Below, piece by piece: positions 1 to 7,010 of a stretch of 64,000 bases of DNA. The DNA comes from a virus. The DNA lies in the IMG/VR virus record IMGVR_UViG_3300025009_000007; one strand, written 5' to 3'. Position 1 is the first letter of the stretch; each line of letters starts with the position of its first letter. The position numbers were made by a program, and so were the translations under genes. Below the pieces are notes generated by a model. It was not told the DNA's origin. It ran no database searches and worked only from the letters and a program-made list of their open reading frames with translations.

Positions 1-50
1 CATATTGGTTTAGAACAATTGTATTTGTTCTCAATTACTGTTTCTTTCAT
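1..50 (-). CDS. 5' end of a CDS that runs out of the window (MKETVIENKYNCSKPI...)
   Basis: ATG (rc of cat 48-50) overlaps the stop of the upstream gene in a TAATG junction. The frame stays open to position 1. Confidence 0.3.
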   Translation of the reverse strand, partial: MKETVIENKYNCSKPI

Positions 51-526
51 TATTCTATTACTCCTATCATTTTAAGTACTTGTTTTAATTCTGATTTATT
101 TTTAACAATTCCTTGGAATATTGTATATTCATCTCCACTATCCAAGGCAACTATAAACATTCTCTGATCACGCAATCCATAATGTAATCTTATTTTATAA
201 GATGTCCAACTTCCCATATTAAAGGAACCTTCTTTTTCAAACCATATATGTGTTGCTTTACCAGTGTATTTTAATTCTAAACTCTCAATATCTTCTTGAT
301 CTAAGTATTTAATTCTATATAACTCAGTGTTTATACTATAAATATTTCCATCAACATCATTCACTTCTATAAAGAAATGAATTGAATTAACAGTATCTGA
401 TTCAAATCTTATCTCTACCATATTCCCATCATTACTAGATGGGTTTAAATGAGTATATATGAACTTCTCATCTATTATATGTTTTAACAATTCTTCAATT
501 GTAGGAATGTAATATTTATTTTCCAT
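50..526 (-). CDS. hypothetical protein (158 aa)
   Basis: ORF track. Tightly packed in the same-strand leftward block. No motif recognised. Confidence 0.6.
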   Translation of the reverse strand: MENKYYIPTIEELLKHIIDEKFIYTHLNPSSNDGNMVEIRFESDTVNSIHFFIEVNDVDGNIYSINTELYRIKYLDQEDIESLELKYTGKATHIWFEKEGSFNMGSWTSYKIRLHYGLRDQRMFIVALDSGDEYTIFQGIVKNKSELKQVLKMIGVIE

Positions 527-896
527 TTTCTTTTCGTATTAAAGTTTGAATAAATTTAATACATAATGGATTATTTTCTGAATCCCTTAAGTTGTCAGTA
601 TCTTTAGCAAATAGCATGAATCTTATAAGTTCTTCTAAGAATTGACTATAAATATTATTCATTATAATATCTTCATTCCATTCAGATAATCTAATCTTAT
701 ACATAAATTGTAAAATAATATAAGGGTCTTCATGTCTTTTTATAAAAGTAAATTCTAGTCGTATTTCTTTATACTCTACATGTTCTAGTACGTAAGTGTT
801 TGAAAAACATTCTACTTGAAATTCTCCAGTTCCTTTAGGATTTTGCTTCTTATAAATATTATTTAAAGTTTTTATAATATTAGTGATTGTTTCCAT
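516..896 (-). CDS. hypothetical protein (start refined to METITNIIK)
   Basis: ORF 516-977 in the track. The ATG at 894-896 lies directly after the stop of the upstream gene (898), so it is the likelier start. Confidence 0.55.
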   Translation of the reverse strand: METITNIIKTLNNIYKKQNPKGTGEFQVECFSNTYVLEHVEYKEIRLEFTFIKRHEDPYIILQFMYKIRLSEWNEDIIMNNIYSQFLEELIRFMLFAKDTDNLRDSENNPLCIKFIQTLIRKENGK

Positions 897-897
897 A

Positions 898-1215
898 TTA
901 TTCTCCTGTCTGTACATTATATGTACCATTATTATAATATGTATGTGTAGTATTACTTGTAACTTCAATATTATCAACTACGTTAATTGCAGTTGTATAA
1001 CCGGCATACCAGGGATAAGTTGGATATGAAGGATATACCGAATAAACTAAAGGGTCTTGCCAATATATAATATCATTAGTTATTTCTAATGTAAACTCTT
1101 TCCAAGAATTGTTAGGAAACATCTTATCTAATGCTTCTATAACTTTCTCGAATGTTGCACTTTCTAATATTCTTATACCTTTATAGGTATCGTTTATTGT
1201 TATTTGTATTTTCAT
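898..1215 (-). CDS. hypothetical protein (105 aa)
   Basis: ORF track. Same-strand operon packing. Confidence 0.55.
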   Translation of the reverse strand: MKIQITINDTYKGIRILESATFEKVIEALDKMFPNNSWKEFTLEITNDIIYWQDPLVYSVYPSYPTYPWYAGYTTAINVVDNIEVTSNTTHTYYNNGTYNVQTGE

Positions 1216-1219
1216 TTAT

Positions 1220-1417
1220 TTATCTCCTTTTATCTTTATTAATTTCTTCTTCATCATACCAATTATCATCTCCTATTCCAAATACTACTCTATATCTGTA
1301 CATCTTCAATCTGAATGAATATGATATATCAAGTATTATTCCTTTATTTGAACCTGGAGTTATATGATAAATATCATCATTTATATTAAACTTTGGTTGT
1401 GGTATTGTTATCTCCAT
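1220..1417 (-). CDS. hypothetical protein (65 aa)
   Basis: ORF track. Same-strand packing. Short. Confidence 0.45.
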   Translation of the reverse strand: MEITIPQPKFNINDDIYHITPGSNKGIILDISYSFRLKMYRYRVVFGIGDDNWYDEEEINKDKRR

Positions 1418-1607
1418 CTTGTATAGTTGTTTGAAATTCTATTGCTTTCTCTTGTGTTATTTGTCCCAATTGTAAAGCTATATAAATTATTATATCTTTA
1501 CTTAATACAGACTTACCTAAATGTTTGCGTACTCCATATACTTCTCCATATGCTTCATCAAACTCTCTCTTACTCAGTTGACTGAGTGGTATTGTTATCT
1601 TCGCCAT
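1386..1607 (-). CDS. hypothetical protein (73 aa)
   Basis: ORF track. Same-strand packing. Confidence 0.5.
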   Translation of the reverse strand: MAKITIPLSQLSKREFDEAYGEVYGVRKHLGKSVLSKDIIIYIALQLGQITQEKAIEFQTTIQDGDNNTTTKV

Positions 1608-1830
1608 CTAATTCTTTCATTAGTTTATCTAACAATTCCTTATTTTTAGGTATTGAAACATCGAGTGCAAATTCTAATTTACTACCATCAATACTCTTAG
1701 GCTCCATTCCACCTTTATCTCTATCCCATAATATAAATCCTGTACCATTCTTAATCTTAACCATATGTTCTAGATCCATTCCACTAGGAGCTGATACTAT
1801 ATCATATGCTATTATTTTATTCTTTTTCAT
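1570..1830 (-). CDS. hypothetical protein (86 aa)
   Basis: ORF track. Same-strand packing. Confidence 0.5.
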   Translation of the reverse strand: MKKNKIIAYDIVSAPSGMDLEHMVKIKNGTGFILWDRDKGGMEPKSIDGSKLEFALDVSIPKNKELLDKLMKELDGEDNNTTQSTE

Positions 1831-1884
1831 AATCTTTTAATTTTTAAAAGAGGACACCTATTATAGTATCCTCTTTCTGATTCC

Positions 1885-2262
1885 TTAGCTTAAACTGAAA
1901 TTATCTGATGTTACCTGAGATTCTATTAGACTCTCTGATACAATAATATATTCTTTGCCTTTATTGACAAGAATAGGAGATTGATTAGGTCTTAAGTACA
2001 ATACTATATTACCTTCCTTAGTTATTCCTTCATCCTTAAACTCTTTATGAGTTATTGCAAAATCTGCATTACCTGTTTTAACTACTTTAAAAAATACATA
2101 TCCAGTCTTATCAAATCCTTCTGGTAGATACAATCCGGTATCATTCTTTTCTACAATCTCTAAGAGAACTGATCCTCTTGGAATAATAATCTTACTAATG
2201 TCTCGTATCTTCTCAGATAACTTATTAGTAACTGGTCCTTTAATTGCTTCTTGCTTTGCCAT
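1885..2262 (-). CDS. GroES/Cpn10-like co-chaperonin (tentative)
   Basis: IIIPRGSVLLEIVEK..TGLYLPEG..FKVVKTGN..GNIVLY..GKEYIIVSESLIES follows the GroES layout: P-x-x-x-RVLV, GGIxLP, VxAVG, GDxVxF, EYLIxxExDILA. Recognised by eye only. Confidence 0.5.
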   Translation of the reverse strand: MAKQEAIKGPVTNKLSEKIRDISKIIIPRGSVLLEIVEKNDTGLYLPEGFDKTGYVFFKVVKTGNADFAITHKEFKDEGITKEGNIVLYLRPNQSPILVNKGKEYIIVSESLIESQVTSDNFSLS

Positions 2263-2273
2263 ACTTTTAGTTT

Positions 2274-2552
2274 TTATTTATTTGTTAATTTATTATATCT
2301 TTCTATTGCATAATCAATGGCTTCTGAACCACCTATAATTTTATAGTTATTACATAAACTTAAGAATAATTCATCATCGTGTGATTCTAGGAATGTCTTA
2401 GTTGCATGAATTTGCATAGGTTGTGCAGGTGGTATTGCTGTCTCAGAAAGTTCTTTTATAAATTCCTCCAACATCTCCAGTGTGAGTGGAGTGTAAGTAA
2501 TTGTACCTGATTCCACTGCTTTCATTTGCTCATTTAATCCATTTCGTTTCAT
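2274..2552 (-). CDS. hypothetical protein (92 aa), first gene of the leftward block
   Basis: ORF track. Lies immediately downstream of the minus-strand promoter motif. Confidence 0.55.
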   Translation of the reverse strand: MKRNGLNEQMKAVESGTITYTPLTLEMLEEFIKELSETAIPPAQPMQIHATKTFLESHDDELFLSLCNNYKIIGGSEAIDYAIERYNKLTNK

Positions 2553-2574
2553 ATATCCTTATTTTAATTCTCTA

Positions 2575-2606
2575 CAAATATAATGTAGTTAAAATTGATT
2601 TCCAAA
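2575..2606 (-). promoter_or_regulatory. Bacteroidota-type promoter (TTTG-N20-TATATTTG) for the leftward block
   Basis: The plus strand shows CAAATATA at 2575-2582 and CAAA at 2603-2606. Read on the minus strand this is TTTG, a 20-nt spacer, then TAnnTTTG, about 23 nt upstream of the ATG at 2552. Confidence 0.5.
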
Positions 2607-2675
2607 TATTTTAACAATTATTTTTAGGAAAACTACTTTTATTTATTATATAGTACCGTATAAAATTTTTTATAT

Positions 2676-2706
2676 TTTGAAAAAGTTTTGTATGCGTATA
2701 ATTTTG
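2676..2706 (+). promoter_or_regulatory. Bacteroidota-type promoter (TTTG-N19-TAATTTTG) for the rightward block
   Basis: TTTG at 2676-2679, a 19-nt spacer, then TAATTTTG at 2699-2706. This matches the Bacteroides primary-sigma consensus TTTG / TAnnTTTG. Confidence 0.5.
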
Positions 2707-2790
2707 TGGGGTACCTACCTTTCACCCACCCGTACTAAATCCAAAAGGGGATGTACCGTACCCGATTTAATAGCGGTACCCATATAATCT
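2707..2790 (+). promoter_or_regulatory. GC-rich, GTAC-dense leader upstream of the first rightward gene
   Basis: Five GTAC cores lie at 2711, 2732, 2753, 2758 and 2776, with a sixth at 2653. GGGTACC (2709-2715) is complementary to GGTACCC (2775-2781). Composition is clearly GC-richer than the flanks. Confidence 0.4.
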
Positions 2791-2798
2791 ATACTACT

Positions 2799-3098
2799 AT
2801 GTCAGAAATTACAGTTTCTTGCGTTAAAGCTACGTTATGCACAGATAATAACGGCGATACTAATACTCTACTTAAGTTCCAAGATTCAGCATCTGTTAAG
2901 GATGATTGGGGTACTTCAGAGAATGCTGTTAGTTACTTCAGATTTGTTAAAGGCGATGCTACCAAAAAGCTGAACAAGCAAGGTAAGCTAGACCTAGAAC
3001 AATTTGAGATAGTAGCTCGTGTGCGTACCTGGACTGATAAAGAATCAGGTGAAGAAGTTACTGGTACTTTGAAGTATCTAGTAGCAAAGAGAGCATAG
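2799..3098 (+). CDS. hypothetical small protein (MSEITVS...), first rightward gene
   Basis: ORF 2751-3098 in the track. The ATG at 2799 lies after the GC-rich leader. A clean terminator follows. Confidence 0.6.
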   Translation: MSEITVSCVKATLCTDNNGDTNTLLKFQDSASVKDDWGTSENAVSYFRFVKGDATKKLNKQGKLDLEQFEIVARVRTWTDKESGEEVTGTLKYLVAKRA

Positions 3099-3110
3099 TC
3101 TCTCTTTTTT
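3087..3110 (+). terminator. rho-independent terminator
   Basis: AAGAGAG (3087-3093) pairs with CTCTCTT (3100-3106) around a 6-nt loop, running into a T tract that ends at 3110. Confidence 0.6.
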
Positions 3111-3370
3111 GAGTCAATAATTATGGCACACAATTCACCATATTAAACATCCTAACTCTATACAGAAACAATCTTAGCAGTAGTTAAGAGGATATTACGA
3201 AGTTTAGGGTTAGAATGTTATCAATCTACATTGAAGTTGGCTAAGTATCAATAGATATAGTAGTTTTAGAGTGTGATAGTTGGTGACATTACCCAACACC
3301 ACACAATAACCTTGCTCATAAACATTATTGAATTTACCCCGAATTTATATTATAACTAAAACATAATTAT

Positions 3371-3580
3371 ATGACACCACTAATTGTATTTTTATTAATT
3401 GTCATTTACATATTATTAATGATAATTTCTTATAAACCACTCATTCATATGAATAAGAATAAATGGTTTAATCATCCTTATGTAGCAATACTATTATTTC
3501 CAACTATATATTTCTTTTTAATAATAATAGCGTTATATATAGGATTTAAATATATGTTAAATAATGAATCAAACCTTTAA
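3371..3580 (+). CDS. small membrane protein (two hydrophobic helices)
   Basis: ORF track. LIVFLLIVIYILLMII and ILLFPTIYFFLIIIALYIGF are hydrophobic segments. Confidence 0.45.
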   Translation: MTPLIVFLLIVIYILLMIISYKPLIHMNKNKWFNHPYVAILLFPTIYFFLIIIALYIGFKYMLNNESNL

Positions 3581-3591
3581 TAACTAATATT

Positions 3592-3882
3592 ATGTCAACA
3601 TTAACATTTCCAAAAGTAATGATGGTATCTGATTACCCTATTACTAAAACTAATCCTGGACAATTAAGAGTTGTTTGGGCGCATAATCCTAAATTCTACT
3701 ACCCTTACTTTACTTATTCTTCAAATATCAAAACATCAAAAGATATTGAAAATATTCCGGGGGCGGGGTCTGGGGGTTTTTTTAAATACGCTCAAGAACC
3801 TCAATCTTCAATTGAACTAACCCTTGAAGAAATAGCAGATAAATTCAATATCTCTGTAGATCAATTAAAAATTAAGAAATAA
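3592..3882 (+). CDS. hypothetical protein with a C-terminal HTH-like segment
   Basis: ORF track. LTLEEIADKFNISVDQLKI resembles a helix-turn-helix. Confidence 0.5.
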   Translation: MSTLTFPKVMMVSDYPITKTNPGQLRVVWAHNPKFYYPYFTYSSNIKTSKDIENIPGAGSGGFFKYAQEPQSSIELTLEEIADKFNISVDQLKIKK

Positions 3883-3893
3883 TATTAAACATT

Positions 3894-3974
3894 ACATCAA
3901 CAGTATCACCCTGGTATTCAATAATTGTTACAGATAACACGATTGGAGTGTCTGTAATTTGATACTGTTGATGT
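3894..3974 (+). other. 81-nt element closed by a perfect 15-bp stem
   Basis: ACATCAACAGTATCA (3894-3908) is the exact reverse complement of TGATACTGTTGATGT (3960-3974). An inner TTACAGA/TCTGTAA stem is present. Confidence 0.6.
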
Positions 3975-4056
3975 TTAACCTAATGGTATCCGTGAAAGTC
4001 GGTTAAGAGCTTAGCCACTACCATTACATTTATATAGTAAATTAAAATATAAACTT

Positions 4057-4353
4057 ATGAAAAAATTATTAACGCTAATAATATTAATAACAGCCATATC
4101 TTGTGATCCATCTCAAGAAGACATTAATCGTAGAACAGTTAATGGTGTATATTACAGTGATTATACACATTATACTGTAGCTCATATTAATTCATTAACT
4201 TCACCTGTTATATTGATAGGGAAGGAAAAAAATATGGGACTTTATAATATTACTATAAAAGATAGTAATAATATAATTGCTACATATGGTAATATGAGTA
4301 CATTTGCTAATAATATAGGAGCTTCAAGACAAATTGGAGATACAATAAAATAA
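4057..4353 (+). CDS. small lipoprotein
   Basis: Signal peptide MKKLLTLIILITAISC with the lipobox-like sequence A-I-S-C. Confidence 0.55.
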   Translation: MKKLLTLIILITAISCDPSQEDINRRTVNGVYYSDYTHYTVAHINSLTSPVILIGKEKNMGLYNITIKDSNNIIATYGNMSTFANNIGASRQIGDTIK

Positions 4354-4448
4354 TACCTGACACTAGTGTTGAATACATCTCGAAGTTACTCATTTTTAAT
4401 TAAACACACCATTGTTAGTTAGTGAAGTTGAAATAGTGTCAGGTTATT
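4352..4448 (+). other. 97-nt element closed by an 11+3-bp stem, abutting tRNA-like gene 1
   Basis: ACCTGACACTA (4355-4365) pairs with TAGTGTCAGGT (4434-4444). Three further pairs form beyond a 1-nt bulge. Confidence 0.5.
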
Positions 4449-4456
4449 TTATGGTA

Positions 4457-4561
4457 ATGTCTATAGCTCAGAGGTAGAGCAAATTTTTTGACGGAATAAG
4501 TATGTACATACTAAATCCTAAGTTCGGAATTAGGTCGTTGGTTCGAGCCCAACTAGACATT
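4457..4561 (+). tRNA. tRNA-like gene with a 40-nt segment in place of the 7-nt anticodon loop (isotype undetermined)
   Basis: Acceptor ATGTCTA/TAGACAT. D arm GCTC-AGAGGTA-GAGC. Anticodon stem AATTT (4482-4486) / GAATT (4527-4531). Variable loop AGGTC. T arm GTTGG-TTCGAGC-CCAAC. No encoded CCA. Confidence 0.6.
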
Positions 4562-4563
4562 CA

Positions 4564-5032
4564 AAAGGGATTAGGGATAAAATAGGTTTTTAGTTAATTA
4601 GGGTTAATTAATATTAGTAATTTCATGTTTTTAAGAGTACTCTAATCCCTTTAAATTTGTAATAATATAGCATTAATACAATATAATTATCATTATAGGA
4701 GTATAATGATACTATAACATAGTCCAGTCGAAATATATCTCAATAGAGTAGATTGGACTATTAATAATTACACTTAAATCAATTAATCAGAGATGCGCTG
4801 ATTGATATAGTGATAATATAATACAATGTCTTGTACATGCATATCAAAGCATTGAGATGATTGTATTGGCAGCTAACACTTGATCTAACTAGAGATAATT
4901 GTATTAGATATGTTAGCCTTTAGTATAGAAATATGCTATCGTATAGTTTAATAATGAAGCTGATGCACCTGATAGGAGTGTTCGTATCTTATTATTAAAC
5001 TAATTGTGCGACTCAACTATTAATACGTTGAG
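4564..5032 (+). other. ORF-free run of eight consecutive stem-loops
   Basis: Stems: 4564-4574/4642-4652 (11 bp), 4688-4697/4702-4711 (10 bp, GGAG loop), 4719-4729/4751-4761 (11 bp), 4782-4790/4798-4806 (9 bp), 4820-4827/4860-4867 (8 bp), 4872-4878/4911-4917 (7 bp), 4944-4955/4991-5002 (12 bp), 5012-5017/5027-5032 (6 bp). Confidence 0.55.
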
Positions 5033-5056
5033 AGATATTAACTAAACTATACCAAC

Positions 5057-5212
5057 ATGAAAACATTTATTAGAATCTGTAGATCACTTAAACAAATACA
5101 ATTATTTGATTATGTTGAAGCAAACCTTCAATTAGATAATCATCTAAAATATACTGAATTATTAAAAATGGTCACAGTTCAAACCAATGAAGAATTGAAC
5201 TATATTAATTAA
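5057..5212 (+). CDS. possible small ORF (51 aa, MKTFIRICRSLKQ...)
   Basis: ATG to TAA read by hand. Below the ORF-track length cutoff. Sits in an otherwise unassigned gap. Confidence 0.3.
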   Translation: MKTFIRICRSLKQIQLFDYVEANLQLDNHLKYTELLKMVTVQTNEELNYIN

Positions 5213-5230
5213 CAATTAACTCTTAAAATT

Positions 5231-5509
5231 ATGATGGAAATAATGTTTTCTTTAGCAAATCTTGCATTGATTAGTCAATTAATGATAGATTTAAAAAAGA
5301 CAGGTAAAGAATCTTTTACATTGGATGAAATTAGAACCATTGCAATAAATTCTATGACTACTGCTATGCAAAAGATATCAGAAAAAAGCAATGAACTTGA
5401 AAAAGGTAGTGATGAAGATATTGATCCAAAACTTGATGAATCTCCTGAAGATTTAATCAATAAAGGATTAGATAAGATGATTGAAAAAGGTAAAGCACCT
5501 ACCAAATAA
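5231..5509 (+). CDS. hypothetical acidic protein (92 aa)
   Basis: ORF track. Followed by a terminator-like hairpin. Confidence 0.5.
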   Translation: MMEIMFSLANLALISQLMIDLKKTGKESFTLDEIRTIAINSMTTAMQKISEKSNELEKGSDEDIDPKLDESPEDLINKGLDKMIEKGKAPTK

Positions 5510-5516
5510 AGATGCT

Positions 5517-5559
5517 AAAAGGACTCAGATGATAAAGAATCTATTCAACTGAGTCCTTT
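5517..5559 (+). terminator. terminator-like hairpin
   Basis: AAGGACTCAG (5519-5528) pairs with CTGAGTCCTT (5549-5558) around a 20-nt loop. T residues follow. Confidence 0.45.
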
Positions 5560-5589
5560 ACAATTAATTTAAACTTAATAAATAAATAT

Positions 5590-5784
5590 ATGAGAGCATT
5601 TATATTTGCATATAGCACAAATTATGATTTAGGGGCAGCAATAGTATATGCTGAAACTAAAGACAAAGCTATCAAATTAGCCAAAACATGTAGTTATGTT
5701 TGGGATACAAATAATTGTTATGAAATAGATACAAAAACGGAATCTAAAATTGTAATTATAAGAGAATATAGTTTTGATGAATAA
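5590..5784 (+). CDS. hypothetical protein (64 aa)
   Basis: ORF track. Confidence 0.45.
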   Translation: MRAFIFAYSTNYDLGAAIVYAETKDKAIKLAKTCSYVWDTNNCYEIDTKTESKIVIIREYSFDE

Positions 5785-5943
5785 TTTAGTTTAAGAAAAG
5801 TAACCAAAAGAAAAACAACCTCCTCTATGTATGACAGTGGCTACGTAGTAACTTAAGTATACGCAAAGTTACGTAAAAAAAATAACATAATCAATCAATT
5901 TGACAATTATTTTTAAGCACTACATATAACAAATTAATAATTA

Positions 5944-6078
5944 ATGAGAAAATTTTTAAAGCATCAATTGGATAGAATAGTTTTATCCTTTTGTAAAGAT
6001 ATTAATAACTGTTCTGGTTGCAGTTTAACTAAGTGTATTAAGAATCCAGAGTTTCTTAGTAATAACCCTAATAATTAA
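5944..6078 (+). CDS. possible small Cys-rich ORF (44 aa)
   Basis: Hand-translated as MRKFLKHQLDRIVLSFCKDINNCSGCSLTKCIKNPEFLSNNPNN. Below the ORF-track cutoff. Confidence 0.3.
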   Translation: MRKFLKHQLDRIVLSFCKDINNCSGCSLTKCIKNPEFLSNNPNN

Positions 6079-6081
6079 ATT

Positions 6082-6267
6082 ATGTTACATTTTATTGCGT
6101 TCTTTTTATTGATGGTTATTGTAATCTTTACATCATTAATCATTAAATATATAAAACACGGTTATACATTCACGTGGTATTATTTAATGGAATCCTCATT
6201 ATTAATCACTATTGATTTAGGATTAATATACATACTAATCCGATTAATTGTAAAAATATGTGTATAA
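6082..6267 (+). CDS. small membrane protein
   Basis: ORF track. Two hydrophobic segments. Confidence 0.45.
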   Translation: MLHFIAFFLLMVIVIFTSLIIKYIKHGYTFTWYYLMESSLLITIDLGLIYILIRLIVKICV

Positions 6268-6440
6268 TAACCAAAGATGTGATAATAAAAGACCATGATA
6301 AAACTATTAAGTTTGACTATAGGAAAAGTATAGTTAATGACACTCTTGACATGGTAGAAAAATACTTTGTTGATGCTTGTAATAAAGCAAACTCTAAAAT
6401 TATTATGAAAAAGAAAGTAGTAATAGTTGAACTGAATTGA
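6258..6440 (+). CDS. hypothetical protein (60 aa)
   Basis: ORF track. Overlaps the stop of the upstream ORF. Confidence 0.4.
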   Translation: MCIITKDVIIKDHDKTIKFDYRKSIVNDTLDMVEKYFVDACNKANSKIIMKKKVVIVELN

Positions 6441-6454
6441 ATTAAAATACTAAT

Positions 6455-6657
6455 CGTAATTATACTTAAACACGAAACTTACAGTATAGGTAAATATATA
6501 CGTTTAAATGTACGTAATAAGTAAAAGCAGAAGTGCCATAATTACGTAATAAAGGCTCTTAAAGTAATAACATAGTGATGAGAACATCCAGACACTAAAA
6601 CATATTATACTACATAGTATATGAGTAAACAAAAAAGGAATCATTAGAGCCTTTATT
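6455..6657 (+). other. two adjacent stem-closed modules (92 nt and 110 nt)
   Basis: CGTAATTAT (6455-6463) pairs with ATAATTACG (6538-6546). AATAAAGGCTCT (6548-6559) pairs with AGAGCCTTTATT (6646-6657). Confidence 0.5.
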
Positions 6658-6688
6658 TTATTATTAATCTAATCTAAATCAAATAACA

Positions 6689-6994
6689 ATGAAAAAATTA
6701 TTCTTATTTTTGATTACACTTGTAATATTTGCAAGTTGTACAAACAACATTGAAGAGATAAAGGATCCTGAAAAGAAAACTACTGTATATTTACAACAGT
6801 TACCAAAAGATACTGTAGCTATCTCTATTGATGAAGACAAATTATATGTTTTCAATGAAGATAACACAGTTGAATACAAGGTAACAAATATTGATAAAGG
6901 TAATTATGTAATAGTACATAATGGAATATTAATAATCTTAATATTCGCAATAATAGTATTTGGATTTATATTACTTGTTCAATTATTAGATTAA
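6689..6994 (+). CDS. lipoprotein with a C-terminal membrane anchor
   Basis: MKKLFLFLITLVIFASC carries the lipobox F-A-S-C. The C-terminal segment GILIILIFAIIVFGFILLVQLL is hydrophobic. Confidence 0.55.
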   Translation: MKKLFLFLITLVIFASCTNNIEEIKDPEKKTTVYLQQLPKDTVAISIDEDKLYVFNEDNTVEYKVTNIDKGNYVIVHNGILIILIFAIIVFGFILLVQLLD

Positions 6995-7010
6995 ATATAA
7001 ATAACCACTA

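Noticed and set aside
1152-1840. Plus-strand ORFs 1152-1367 and 1586-1840 in the leftward block, and similar antisense or alternate-frame entries elsewhere (2933-3133, 5275-5505, 6679-6879, 9090-9320, 19914-20171, 21333-21575, 21830-22054, 25699-25923, 26610-27056, 27369-27578, 27983-28216, 30643-30855, 31948-32142, 35920-36144, 37219-37425, 37943-38137, 38563-38754, 39172-39399, 40680-40868, 59262-59450, 59875-60066).
   Set aside because: Each overlaps a better-supported ORF (longer, motif-bearing, or in operon register), on the opposite strand or in another frame. The translations look like wrong-frame artefacts.
3759-3783. G-rich tract GGGGGCGGGGTCTGGGGG followed by TTTTTTT (possible G-quadruplex or -1 slippery site) inside ORF 3592-3882.
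   Set aside because: There are only three G-runs and a quadruplex needs four. It simply encodes GAGSGGFF. No overlapping -1 frame ORF of meaningful length follows the T-run.
4571-4603. Two TTAGGG hexamers (telomere-like) in the first hairpin loop.
   Set aside because: Two non-adjacent copies are consistent with chance and have no tandem organisation.
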